Origin: Mobula hypostoma
Taxonomy: Eukaryota
Direction: 5' to 3'
DNA length: 64,000 nucleotides
NCBI RefSeq assembly: GCF_963921235.1
Contig: NC_086118.1
Coordinates: 20,462,001 to 20,526,000, forward strand
In this document: positions 52,808 to 64,000 of the stretch, in pieces
How the letters are laid out: each line of letters starts with the position of its first letter
Position numbering within the stretch: the stretch's first letter is position 1
Translations under genes and position numbers: made by a program
The notes under the pieces: model-generated
The model's input: only the letters and a program-made list of their open reading frames with translations
What the model was told of the DNA's origin: nothing
The model's database searches: none

Positions 52808-55465
52808 TTTGATTTATAAAGGCCAATGTACCGAAAGCTGTCTTTACAACCCTATCTATCTGTGACACCACTTTTAGGGAACTTTGTATCTGTATTCCAA
52901 GATCTCTCTGTTCTACTGCACTCCTCAGCGCCCTACCATTTACCTTGTGTGTTCTACCTTGGTTTGCCCTTCCAACGTGCAATAGCTCACACGTGTCTGT
53001 ATTAAACTCCATCTGCCATTTTTCAGCCCAGATTTCCAGCTGGTCCAAATCCCTCTGTAAGCTTTGGAAACCTTCTTCACTGTCCACTACACCTCCAATC
53101 TTTTCATCAGCAAATTTACTACATTATCATCCAGATCATTAATATAGATGACAAATAACAATGGACCCAGCAGTGATCCCTGTGGCACACCACTAGTCAC
53201 AGGCCTCCACTCAGAAACAATCCTCCACTACCACTCTTTGGCTTCTTCCATTGAGCCAATGTCTAATCCAATTTACTACCTCTCCATGTATACCTAGCGA
53301 CTGAATCTTCCTAACTAATGTTAAAGGCCTTACTGAAGTCCATGTAGACAACATCTACTGCCTTCCCTTCATCCACTTTCCTGGTAACTTCATCAAAAAA
53401 CTCTAACAGATCTGTTAAACATGACCTACCACGCACAAAGCCATGTTGACTCTCCCTAATAAGTCCCTGTCTATCCAAATACTTGTAGATCCTATCTCTT
53501 AGTACTCCTTCCAATAACTTACCCACTACCGACATCAAACTTACCGGCCTATAATTTCCCGGATTACTTTTAGAGCCTTTTTTAAACAACGGAACAACAT
53601 GAGCTATCCTCCAATCCTCCGGCACCTCACCCGTAGATACCGACATTTTAAATATATCTGCCAGGACCTCTGCAATTTCAACACTAGTCTCCTTCAAGGT
53701 CCGAGGGAATACCCTGTCCGGTCCTGGGGATTTATCTACTCTGATTTGCCTCAAGATAGCAAGCATCTCCTCCTTTTCAATCTGTATAGGTTCCATGACC
53801 TCACTACTTGTTTGCCTTATTTCCATTGACTCCATGCCAGTTTCCTTAGTAAATACAGACGCAAAAAACCCAATTAAGATCTTCCCCATTTCTTTTGGTT
53901 CCATACATAGCCGACCACTCTGATCTTCAAGAAGACCAATTTTATCCCTTACTATCCTTTTAATATACCTGTAGAAGCTCTTTGGATTATCCTTCACCTT
54001 GACTGCCAAAGCAACCTCATGTCTTCTTTTAGCCCTCCTGATTTCTTTAAGTTTTTTTTTGCACTTTTTATACTCCTCAAGCACTTATTTGTTTCCTATA
54101 CATGAAATACATCTCTCTCTCTCCTTATCAGTCAGAGTTCCAATATCCCTTGAGAACCAAGGTTCCTTATTCTTATTCACTTCGCCTTTAATCCTGACAG
54201 GAACATACAAACTCTGCACTCTCAGAATTTCTCCTTTGAAGGCCTCCCACTTACCAGTAACCTCCTTGCCAGAGAACAATATGTCCCAATCCACGCTTTT
54301 TAGATCCATTCTCATTTCTTCAAATTTGGCCTTTTTCCAGTTTAGAACCTCAACCTGAGGACCAGATCTATCTTTATCCATGATCAAGTTGAAACTAATG
54401 GTGTTATGATCACTGGAACCAAAGTGTTCCCCTACACACACTTCCGTCACCTGTCCTAACTCGTTTCCTAATAGGAGATCTAATATTGCCTCCTCTCTCG
54501 TTGGTACCTCTATATATTGATTTAGAAAACTTTCCTGAACACATTTTATAAACTCTAACCCATCTAGACCTTTAACAGTATGGAAGTCCCGATCAATATG
54601 TGGAAAATTAAAATCCCCTATACCAACTTTGTTTCCTGCAGTTGCCTGCTCTCTCTGTCTGCAAATTTGCTCCTCCAATTCTCGCTGACTATTGGGTGGT
54701 CTTTAATACAACCCCATTAATGTGGTCATACCTTTCCTGTTTCTCTGCTCCACCCATATAGCCTCGGTAGACAAGCCCTCTAATCTGTCCTGCCTGAGCA
54801 CTGCTGTAAGATTTTCCCTGACTAGCAATGCCACCTTCATTCCTCTGCCTCTTAGCACATCTGAAACATCGGAACCCTGGAACATTAAGCTGCCAGCCCT
54901 GCCCCTCCTGTAGCCAAGTTTCACTAATGGCTATAATGTCGTAATTCCATGTGCCAATCCACACCCTCAGCTTGTCAGCCTTCCCCACAATAGTCCTTGC
55001 ATTGAAATAGACACACCTCAGAAGATTATTACCACCACACACAACCCCTTCTATTTGTGACTTTGCATGAACTTTTAACATCATTTATTTTTCACCCCCG
55101 CTCCATTATCTGCTCTGGCATTCTGGTTCCTATCCCCCTGCAAATCTAGTTTAACACTAACAAACCTCCCTGCAAGGATGTAGGTCCCCTTGTAGTTCAG
55201 GTGTAACCCATCACTCTTGTACAGGCCCCACCTGCCCCAGAAGAGGTCCCAATGATCCTGAAATCTGAAACCTTGTCCCCTACACCAGTTCCTCAGCCAC
55301 GTGTTCATCCTCCAGAGCATCCTATTCTTACTTTCACTGGCACGTGGCACAGGTAGCAATCCTGAGATTATCGTCCTCAAGGTCCTGCTTTTTAACTTCC
55401 TACCAAGCTCTCTATACTCACTCTTCAGGACATCCTCACTCTTTCTTCCTACCTCATTGGTACCG
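52808..55465 (-). mobile_element. Second CR1 segment (ORF1 esterase end, APE, RT), lacking both termini
   Basis: ORFs 55081-55473 (VGTNEVG...DGLHLN), 54689-55084, 54085-54678, 53311-54084 and 52791-53087. Similar to the 40609-45520 family. Confidence 0.85.
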
Positions 55466-55832
55466 ACTTCCATGACTTCCTCCTTTTCTGCACCATGACG
55501 CTATCCCTAATTAGCAATGCCATGCCTCCACCTCTTTTGTCTCCCTCTGTTCTTTTTGTAACATCTAAAGCCTGGCACACACAGCAGCCATTCCTGCTCC
55601 TGAGACAACCAAGTGTCTGTAATGGCCACAACATCATAGTTGCACACATTGATCCATGCTCTAAGTTCATCTGCCTTGTTTATGATTCTGCTTGCATTAA
55701 AATAGACACATCTCAAACCATCAGGCAGAGTGCATCTTTGCTCTAACATCTGCCTATCCTTCCTCACGAACTCCCTCCAAGCTGCCTCTACTTGTGCTCC
55801 AACGGCCCCTTCCTCTGCCTCTTCACTTCGGT
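55466..55832 (-). mobile_element. CR1 APE N-terminal fragment (likely the 5' remainder of the 50648-52807 element)
   Basis: GLRCVYFNASRIINKADELRAWINVCNYDVVAITDTWL...RGGGMALLIRD. Confidence 0.7.
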
Positions 55833-55984
55833 TCCCCAGATCTGTGCTTCTCTATTATCATTTCGCTGTCTTGGCTTGAATACTCTTCTGTTCTCATTTT
55901 TGTTTGGTCTGTTGAAAATCATACTGTTGGATCTTACAGAGAGAGGGGCTATTTACTATGAATTCACTGAAAACAGGTGATCCT
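55833..55984 (-). mobile_element. Tc1 copy B internal piece (5'UTR and transposase start)
   Basis: Reverse complement reads ...TTTTCAACAGACCAAACAAAAATG then MRTEEYSSQDSEMIIEKHRSG; colinear with copy A at 46555-46690. Confidence 0.7.
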
Positions 55985-56109
55985 GTCCAGGTCATCAAGG
56001 GAATGGCGGCGTAAGGAAAAGGTCTCTCGACAAAAAAGGTAAACTGCCCCAAAATGGAATTTAGACAAATACTTAATATTGTATAACTATATTAATAAAA
56101 GGGGCAAGG

Positions 56110-57085
56110 ATGATGTCTAAGAACAAGATTAAAAAGTCTGCTCTGAAGGAACACAAAGAGACGCAGCAAGGCGACGGGCCTAGCTCCCCCACGGCAAACC
56201 AGGACGGAGATGAGAAGGAATCGGTGAATCTGTCTTTGATTCTCAGAGATTCGCGAGTTCCGACAAGATAACAACAAACAGCTGGAAGATATTAAAGGAG
56301 AAATAGTAAAAACTAATTCGAGGATAGATGAAGCCGAAGCGAGGATTGTTGGAATTGAAGAGAAGCTACAAAACGCAGAGCAAGTGATAGCAGAAATGCT
56401 AAAACTACAAGACCAGCTCCAGTGGAAACTAATAGATCAAGAAGGCCACTCAAGAAGGGAAAATGTGAGGATCTACGGAGTTCCCGAAGGAAGTGAAGGT
56501 AAACCCGGATTGATGATTTCCTTCGTGGAGAAGCTGCTTAGAGAGAACCGTGATATACCGGACGCAAAAGACCTACAGCTAGAAAGGGCTTACTGTGCGT
56601 TGGCACCACAGCCTCCGGCAGGCGCCCAGCCCAGATCGATTCTGGTCAGATTTCTCAGTTACAGAATGAAGGAAGAGGTGCTTAAATGGGCATGGCAAAA
56701 GAAAGGTTTCATGTGGAGCAACTGTAAAATCAGTTTAGACCACGATTACGCACCGGGGATCCTTGCCAGACGGAAGGAATATGCGGAAACACGAAGGGTC
56801 CTGAAGGAAAACAACATCAGATTCCTGACCCTGTATCCAGCTCGGCTGAGAGTCTTTTACGACGAAGGGACAAAAACTCACGCTACGGTGGAGGAGGCAA
56901 CGTTGGACCTGGCGGACTGGGGACGACCTATTAAAGTTATCACCCAACCGGAGTCGCTACTGGAGAGGATTCGGCAGAAGTCATAGCAGCCAGTGCGGCG
57001 AGGACGCTCCACACGACCCAGAATGTCAAACTACAAGGAAAAACTGCAAATATTCAGACGAGAATGTACAGAGAATACAGATTAA
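56110..57085 (+). pseudogene. L1 ORF1p (coiled-coil, RRM, CTD; Transposase_22-like)
   Basis: MMSKNK..., frameshift near 56245, then EIREFRQDNNKQLEDIK...EGHSRRENVRIYGVPEG...LERA...PRSILVRFL...DHDY...ARRKEY...LYPARLRV. Internal TAG at 56984-56986; natural stop probably at 57083-57085. Confidence 0.88.
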
Positions 57086-57446
57086 TTAAGAGAAATGACT
57101 GAAAAGAGTAAATTGGACTTAAAAGGTAAAATGAAAGCTGGTAACTGAAAATAAACTAGACAGAATAACTTGAATGATAGCAATATGGTTGAGACATAAA
57201 TAGGAGAAAATTCTCTATGATTATTCAACCTGCTGAGGGCCCTCTAACACAGGGTGAAGATAGAGGTTATCCCTCTGAACTGAGGCGGGTCAGTGCTCAG
57301 GCCTCACTGTGGGAAGTCGGGAAAAATTTTCAAATGTTATACGTTCGAAAATGTCTAGGGTGTGGTTATATGTTTTGGTTTACTGTTGAGAAGGGATTGC
57401 TTACTGTTTGGTTAGAAAAGGAGAGTTTTTTTTCTACTAGAGAAAA

Positions 57447-60400
57447 ATGCAAATTGAATTGGTAAAAATAATTTCCTATAATGTTAATGGGGTTTTGAAT
57501 CCAATTAAAAGAAATAAGATTATGTCTAAACTGAAAAAAGAGAGGGCACAAATAGCTTTCCTCCAGAAAACACATATGAGCCAATCCAAACATGGAAAAT
57601 TAAAAAGAATGGGCTTTAAGCATGCATTTTATTCATCATATTGAGCCACAAAAGAGGGGTAGCTACTTTAATATCAAGCACTCTTAATTATGAACATATT
57701 TCAGAGACTAAAGACAAAGATGGACAATTTGTAAAAATTACAGGAAGAATAGAAGGTACAGAAATAACATTGTTGAAGTTTATGCTCCACCAGGTTGTGA
57801 ATGGTCATTTTATAGACACATTTTTGACCTAATGGTCAGTTCTCAAGGGGTAGTAATCTGTGGAGGGGATTTTAATATTAGGTTAAATCCTGCGTTAGAT
57901 TCTTCAAGAATAGTTACTCAGAATAAACCTCTGACTCGGAAAATGAATTTATTGATGGAGGAGTTGGGAATTATAGATGTGTGGAGGGAATTACACCCCA
58001 CTAGTAAAGATTATACACATTACTCTTTCCCTCATTCAGCCTAGACTATTTCCTTATCTTTAATATAGGTAGACTCAGGATAAAAAAAACTGTAATATTG
58101 CAACAATTGATCTGTCGGATCATAGCCCAGTCTCTATGTCTCTAATCCTGGAAAGGAAAATGAGGAAAACACTATGGAGGTTAAATTCACATATACTCAA
58201 TAACCTGAAAGTAATGGAGAGATTAAGGAGAGAAATCAAAGAATACCTAGACCTTAATGACACGGGAGAAACATCACCAGTGATCTTATGGGATACATTG
58301 AAAGCTGTACTGAGAGGAAAAATTATTTCCATCACCACTCACATGAAAAAAATCAATGCACAAAAATTAGCAGACCTTCAAGGAAAATTAAAACAAGTTG
58401 TAGATAGCAACAAAAGTAATTCTAATTTAAAACAGGAAATTAGGAAATTGCAAAGTGAAATTGATGATATTTATACATTGGAAACTCAAAAGAAATTTTC
58501 TTTACCTGAGACAAAAGAATTATGAAGTAGGAGGTAAATCAGCTAGATTATTAGCATATAAATTACGAAAACAACAAGCAGACAATACAATTCATAAAAT
58601 AAAGAATCCAAAGACAAAGCTTGTGGAGAGTACAATAGGGAAAATTCAAGAGAGTTTTGAAACATATTATCGAGAGCTGTACTCCCAACCCCGGGCCTCC
58701 AATGAGCCCTATATAGACACTTTATTGAATTCTTTAGGTTTACCTAAACTCACAGAATTACAAAATGAATGCCTATTAGAACCAGTAACTGCCAAAGAAC
58801 TGAATGAGGCCATCTCGAGATTAAAGGCTGGAAAGTCTCCGGGTTCTGATGGGTTTACCTCAGAGTGGTACAAATCGCTGAAGTCACAGTTAGCCCCATT
58901 ACTACTTAACACCTTTAATTGGATCTTGCAGAGAGGAGAAACTCCACCTTCCTGGAGAGAAGCGATTATTTCAGTTATTCCTAAAGAGGGTAAAGATAAA
59001 CTAGAATGTGGCAATTATCAGCCAATTAGTGTTCTTAATTTAGATTACAAACTATTTACATCTCTATTAGCACGCAGATTGGAAAAGCTTTTACCTGGCC
59101 TAATCCATTTAGACCAGACTGGATTTATTCAACAAAGACAAACACAGGACAACGAGAACTCTGCACATATTAGAACAGGTTAATAAGAACGAGACAGAGA
59201 CAATGGTAGTAGGATTAGACGCTGAGAAAGCTTTTGATTCAGTTAGTTGGGTATTCCTATACAGAATGTTAGGAAGATTTGGCTTTCAAGAAAAGTTTAT
59301 TAAAGTAATTCAGACTCTATATGACAGCCCTACAGCTCGAATTAAGGTAAATGGGGACCTCTGACTCCTTTACTTTAGAGAGAGGCACTAGACAGGGATG
59401 CCCAATTTCTCCTCTCCTTTTTGCGCTATATATTGAACCGCTTGCCCAACTAATAAGACAGAGCAAAATCATAAAAGGTATCAAGGTGGCAGGGATCGAA
59501 CAGAAAGTGGCGTTATTCGCAGATGATGTTTTAGTCTATCTGAGTGAACCAGAAAAATCATTTATAGGATTGTTTACACTGTTGGATGACTTTGGGAAAA
59601 TATCAGGTTATAAATGTAAAGAAAACACAGGTTATGTCCCTAAATTATACACCATCCAAAAAACTGCAGGATACATATGATCTTAAGTGGGAAGCTAAAT
59701 CATTAAAATATTTAGGAATAACCCTGCCGAAGGATCTTTCAACACTGTCACAGGTAAATTATGGGCCATTAATCTCAGAGATAAAAGCAGATATGCATAG
59801 ATGGAATCTTATCCCCTTTTTAAGTTTAAATTCAAGGATAAATACTATAAAAATGAATATTCTCCCTCGGTTACTGTATTTTTTCCAGACTCTACCTGTG
59901 GAGATGGATGATAATCAATTCAGTGAATGGGACAAATGGATTTCCTGCTTTATCTGGCAAGGAAAGAAACCTAGAATTCGATATAACACCTTACAGTTAG
60001 GGAAGGAAGGAGGAGGTATGGTTCTTCCTTGCTTGAGAAATTATTTTTATGCTTCACAGATAACCCCTCTGTTATATTGGTGTAATAGGGAATATAAGGC
60101 TAGATGGAAGGAAATTGAATTTGGATTGGTTGACAGTTTTCCTCTACAGGCCTCAATAGCTGACAAAGGATTGATGGCCCAATTGGAAAAGTTTAAAAAC
60201 AGTTGGATAAATCTTACATTAAAAGTGTGGCAGAAGGTGGTTAATTCATGTGGAATCAATAACATGTTAAAACTTTTCAGATGGTGTGCATATGATACCG
60301 AATTCCTTCCCAACAGAGGAGATAAAAGATTTGAACTATGGATAAAGAAAGGTCTTACAACCTACCTCTCATTTATACATAAAAGAGTATTATTCCTGCA

Positions 60401-61161
60401 GGACAAACATGGCCTAGAACACGATGCCTTTTTTAGGTACCTTCAAGTACGACACTATGTTAACCAGAGTTGTAGATATACAGACCTATCAACAGTAGAT
60501 TTAGAATTTTTCAAGATTCTGAATTCGGCTTGCAGTTCAATACCTAGTAAATCAGTTTCTCGATTATAATAATGCACTTTCCCATGCTAAAAATGTAAAC
60601 ACATTGTATATTAAAGAGAAGTGGGAGAAAGAAGCGGGATTGGTACTTTCAGAGGAGGCTTGGGGGAAAATATGCAGCTTTCAGTGGTCTTTGACTAATT
60701 CTTTGATTTGGAGAGAACATTGTTGGAAAAATATTATAAGATACTTCAAGACCCCATATCAGGAAAAATATAAAGACCAAGAAGGCAAATCATTTCCATA
60801 TTTTCTGGGATTGCCCTAAATTAAGTTTATATTGGAAAGGTATTCATAGAACATTAGTTAAGGTACTTAAGACCCAGATACCTCTGAACTTTGAGACGCT
60901 CTATTTGGGGCATGTATTGTTTTTTGAACAGAAGGTAGATAAAAGTTGCTGCAGGCCCTTTTAGCGGCAAGTAAGAAATCAATCACTAGAAAGTGGCTAA
61001 ATCCAATATCACCTACACTAGAAGATTGGCACGAAATTGTCTTGGAAATATTTAAAATGGAAAAGATGACTTACTCCCTGAGAATTCAAAAAGAAAAATT
61101 TTATCAAATCTGGAATAAATGGATTGAATATATAACCCCAAAGCGAGCAGACTTTAGATGA
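57447..61161 (+). pseudogene. L1 ORF2p (APE endonuclease plus reverse transcriptase), frameshifted
   Basis: [110 protein letters not shown]. Confidence 0.92.
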
Positions 61162-61725
61162 CTCTCCTAATGATTTATACTGCTCTTCTCATCAACACAG
61201 TAATATTGCTAACGTAAGCACCCCTGGTCTAAATGTTTACTATTTTTGTTTTTTTTTGGAAAATAGAGAATTAACACAAGTAAAGGAAAAGATTTGGGAA
61301 AGGGATTAAAAAATGATGAAACATAGGGATTGGATAATTATGTTTGGGGGCAGGAGCAAGCATGAACAAGTTAGGATATAAACACCTATAATGGTTGTTA
61401 CATAGGCTTACATACAACATTTTGGTCCAGTAGAAATGGTCCAGAAGAGATATATGGAAATTATTATTAATCCACTATTAATACTATTTTTCTTAACAAC
61501 TAATATCATTACTTAGCCTAATAGATTAGAATTTCAACTGTACCTAGTTACCTAAGTGTCTAATTTCTTTTTGTATCATAATGTGTACTTAGGAATGTAT
61601 AAATAATTATAGTTTTATACATATAAAAAAGGAAAAGGTTTTCCATGTGAAAAAAGTACATGATACTTGTGAATTCCTTATCCAAATAAAAATTTAAAAA
61701 TTTAAAAAAGAAAACAGGTGATCCT

Positions 61726-62004
61726 ACAATTTTCTACATTAACAATTATGGAGTTGGTCAGGTAATACTGCACTGGAGCAAAGTTAGTGTTGTTACAGAA
61801 GGGATGAATACTTTTTCAGTTTCACAATTTGGTTTTTATTTTTTAGTAAATAATTGACAGGTTTTGAAATTTTTCTTTTGATCTGTCATGATGCAGAATG
61901 TTTTGTAGATTAGCTCCAAAAATACCTTCAATATATTTTAAATTTAGAGAATGAGACAATAAAATGTGAAAATTGTGGAGGCTGAATACTGTTTCAAGGC
62001 ACTA
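61726..62004 (-). mobile_element. Tc1 copy B 5' end (left TIR)
   Basis: TGTGAAAATTGTGGAGGCTGAATACTGTTTCAAGGCACTA is the reverse complement of the copy A terminus; inner DR GGGATGAATACTTTTTCAG at 61801-61819. Confidence 0.78.
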
Positions 62005-62039
62005 TCTGCAGCACATTCAGGCACCGTACTTTATATTAA

Positions 62040-62290
62040 AACTTTTAAACATTTCAAGTACATGCTATCTAGTATTAGACTTCTCAACCTTTGGAGAAGA
62101 AAGATGCTGGTTATCTATACCTCTCAACCTTGTAAATTTCTGTCAGGTCTCCCATCAGCCTCCACTGCTTTGGAGAAACAACTCAAGTTTTTCCTTCTCT
62201 CTAAGTATATACTTTCCAGTCCAGGCAGCAATCTGGTAAACATTTTCTGCATCCTAAAGCATCCACATCCTTCCTGTTTTCAGGGTGCAA
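62040..62290 (-). mobile_element. Decayed CR1 3' fragment
   Basis: Reverse-strand KMFTRLLPGL and RLMGDL remnants. Confidence 0.5.
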
Positions 62291-64000
62291 TACTCCTAAT
62301 TGAATCACTTATTTATGGGGACAACATCTTCATCTCTACTTTCATGATCACCTTCATCACCTCAAGCTCAAGCTAGGAAGACATGACCTGCTTCAAAATC
62401 ATACTGACTGCCTTTTATTTAGGCCATATTTTTTCAAATCCTATTCCCAAGTATCTGCTCTAATACCTTCTTGCCAATTCTCCATGACTTGTGACTAGAC
62501 GGGCTAAAGATCTTGGTCAAGACCCAATAGTAAAAATAATTATTTCTTGCTTCTCAATAAATGGATATATGGTTCTATAAGAGTCTCAACACTACCTCCA
62601 TCTTTACTGTTTTATATTCTAAGGGCTTTGTTGAATTTTGGCTTCCAAAACCTTGCATTTGCATCTTTTCTTCTGGACTAAATTCACCACCTTTGTCATC
62701 CACAATACTATCCTTATATTTTTCCTTCTGACTATAACATATCAAATGTGTGCAGTTTGTCTTTAAACAACCCTACAGGTATCAGAGGTGGCAGTTCCCA
62801 ACAACAGATTCTAAAGCATCTAAAATATTCAGGAAACTTAATTGGAAAAATTGTACTTCAGGCATGATGATAAAACTCATTACAATCTTTGCTTTGACTA
62901 AATCTATTCAGGTTAACAGCACACAAATTTAATTAGTAACAAGTATTGAAGGTGACATTGACCTTTTATTAAGGCAGTGAAATAGCAAATTATACACAAA
63001 TGATGAAACATTAATACATGAAAAATTTAATAAACATTTTTAGTAAAAAGTGGATGTAAGAGTTTTCATTAACAGAATTTTACATGCACACAGACTTATA
63101 TACATTTTACTTGATTTTAATTTATAATTTCAGATTTGAAAGGTGCTTATAAAACACTGGTTAGTATTAAAGATATGTGCATTATTAAAGTTATCCTTGA
63201 ACTCATTATGCAAGTCCCATTCATTAGCTGTACAATATCAGAGAAAGAGTGGCCTTGTAAAAGCTAGAGTGAAAGATGCTAACCATATATTGACAATACT
63301 AGCTCAATAGAATTTCAAATTAATCTTCCTTGTTTATGGGAAGCATTTTCTTAAGCCCAAGGTGAATTTTTCAAAATGTCTACATGCAGTTGTCCTATTG
63401 CAATTTTAAACTGAGGTATAATGCTGCATGTCAGATTTTAAAATAAGTTGCAGTAGTGTAACATTGCTTTAATGGTATGTCAGTTACATTTGTCTTGTCT
63501 ATCAAATCAATACTCATTTCTAAATATAAACCACATCACTGTAATATATCCTTAGTCTATATCAGTCTGGTTTAACAGCAGATTTGAAAGTTTCATTTAA
63601 GTCTGGTCTGACAGTTTCTATAGAGAACTCATCCCCAGTGATTCTTGCCTTCAAAGAGCCAACCTTCTTTCAAAAATCATATCTGGTTAAGACAAATTGC
63701 ACTAATTTAACCTGGTTAGTTTTTAAATCCAAACCATATATAAAATTATATCTAAGTGAATTTTGTGATTTCACAATTACAGCAATCAAATGAAAGCTGT
63801 CAGTTGTGGGGGGGAGAGAGGAGATGAAGGAAGATGACAAGGGAAATAATATGAACCATCTTTAACAATTCCATATTACACAGCTGTTTAATAGTTTATT
63901 CTGCAACATCTGATTGTTTTTCACATTTCAGTGTATAGAATGCTTTCTACCTAGATGCCAGATTGTTGGATAGAGACAAGTGTACCGGTGAAGCTTATTT

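Larger units (their letters stand above)
55985..61709 (+). mobile_element. Full-length L1-clade LINE (~5.7 kb), inactivated, with 16-bp TSD
   Basis: Perfect TSD GAAAACAGGTGATCCT at 55969-55984 and 61710-61725. 5' ATGGCGGC motif, ORF1 and ORF2 remnants, and AATAAA plus an A-rich tail at ~61685-61709. Confidence 0.95.

Overview
This is vertebrate genomic DNA, most likely from a cartilaginous fish (inferred from HE1-like V-SINEs, CR1/HER1-like LINEs and Penelope termini). Positions 1-~25 kb hold the last seven coding exons of FOXK2 on the + strand: the forkhead domain through the stop codon at 24861, all with GT-AG junctions and consistent phases. The FHA-encoding 5' exons lie upstream of the window. 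About 6 kb with no recognisable TE follows the stop, probably a long 3'UTR. From ~31 kb to ~62 kb is a dense, nested transposon graveyard. It contains CR1 LINEs (one near full length, with a monomer-repeat 5'UTR and a zinc-finger/esterase ORF1), Rex1/Babar fragments, Penelope-like elements carrying minimal hammerhead ribozyme motifs, and Tc1 copies. A full-length, decayed L1 with a perfect 16-bp TSD sits inside one Tc1. The last ~1 kb looks like the 3' end of a convergent minus-strand gene. I cannot support a wholly new biological system. The best leads are the Penelope hammerhead motifs, a structured GC island in the L1 inter-ORF spacer, an unclassified ~600-bp non-autonomous retroelement with YY1/NRF1-like motifs, and lineage-specific FOXK2 features (a NAGNAG acceptor and an extra SUMO consensus).
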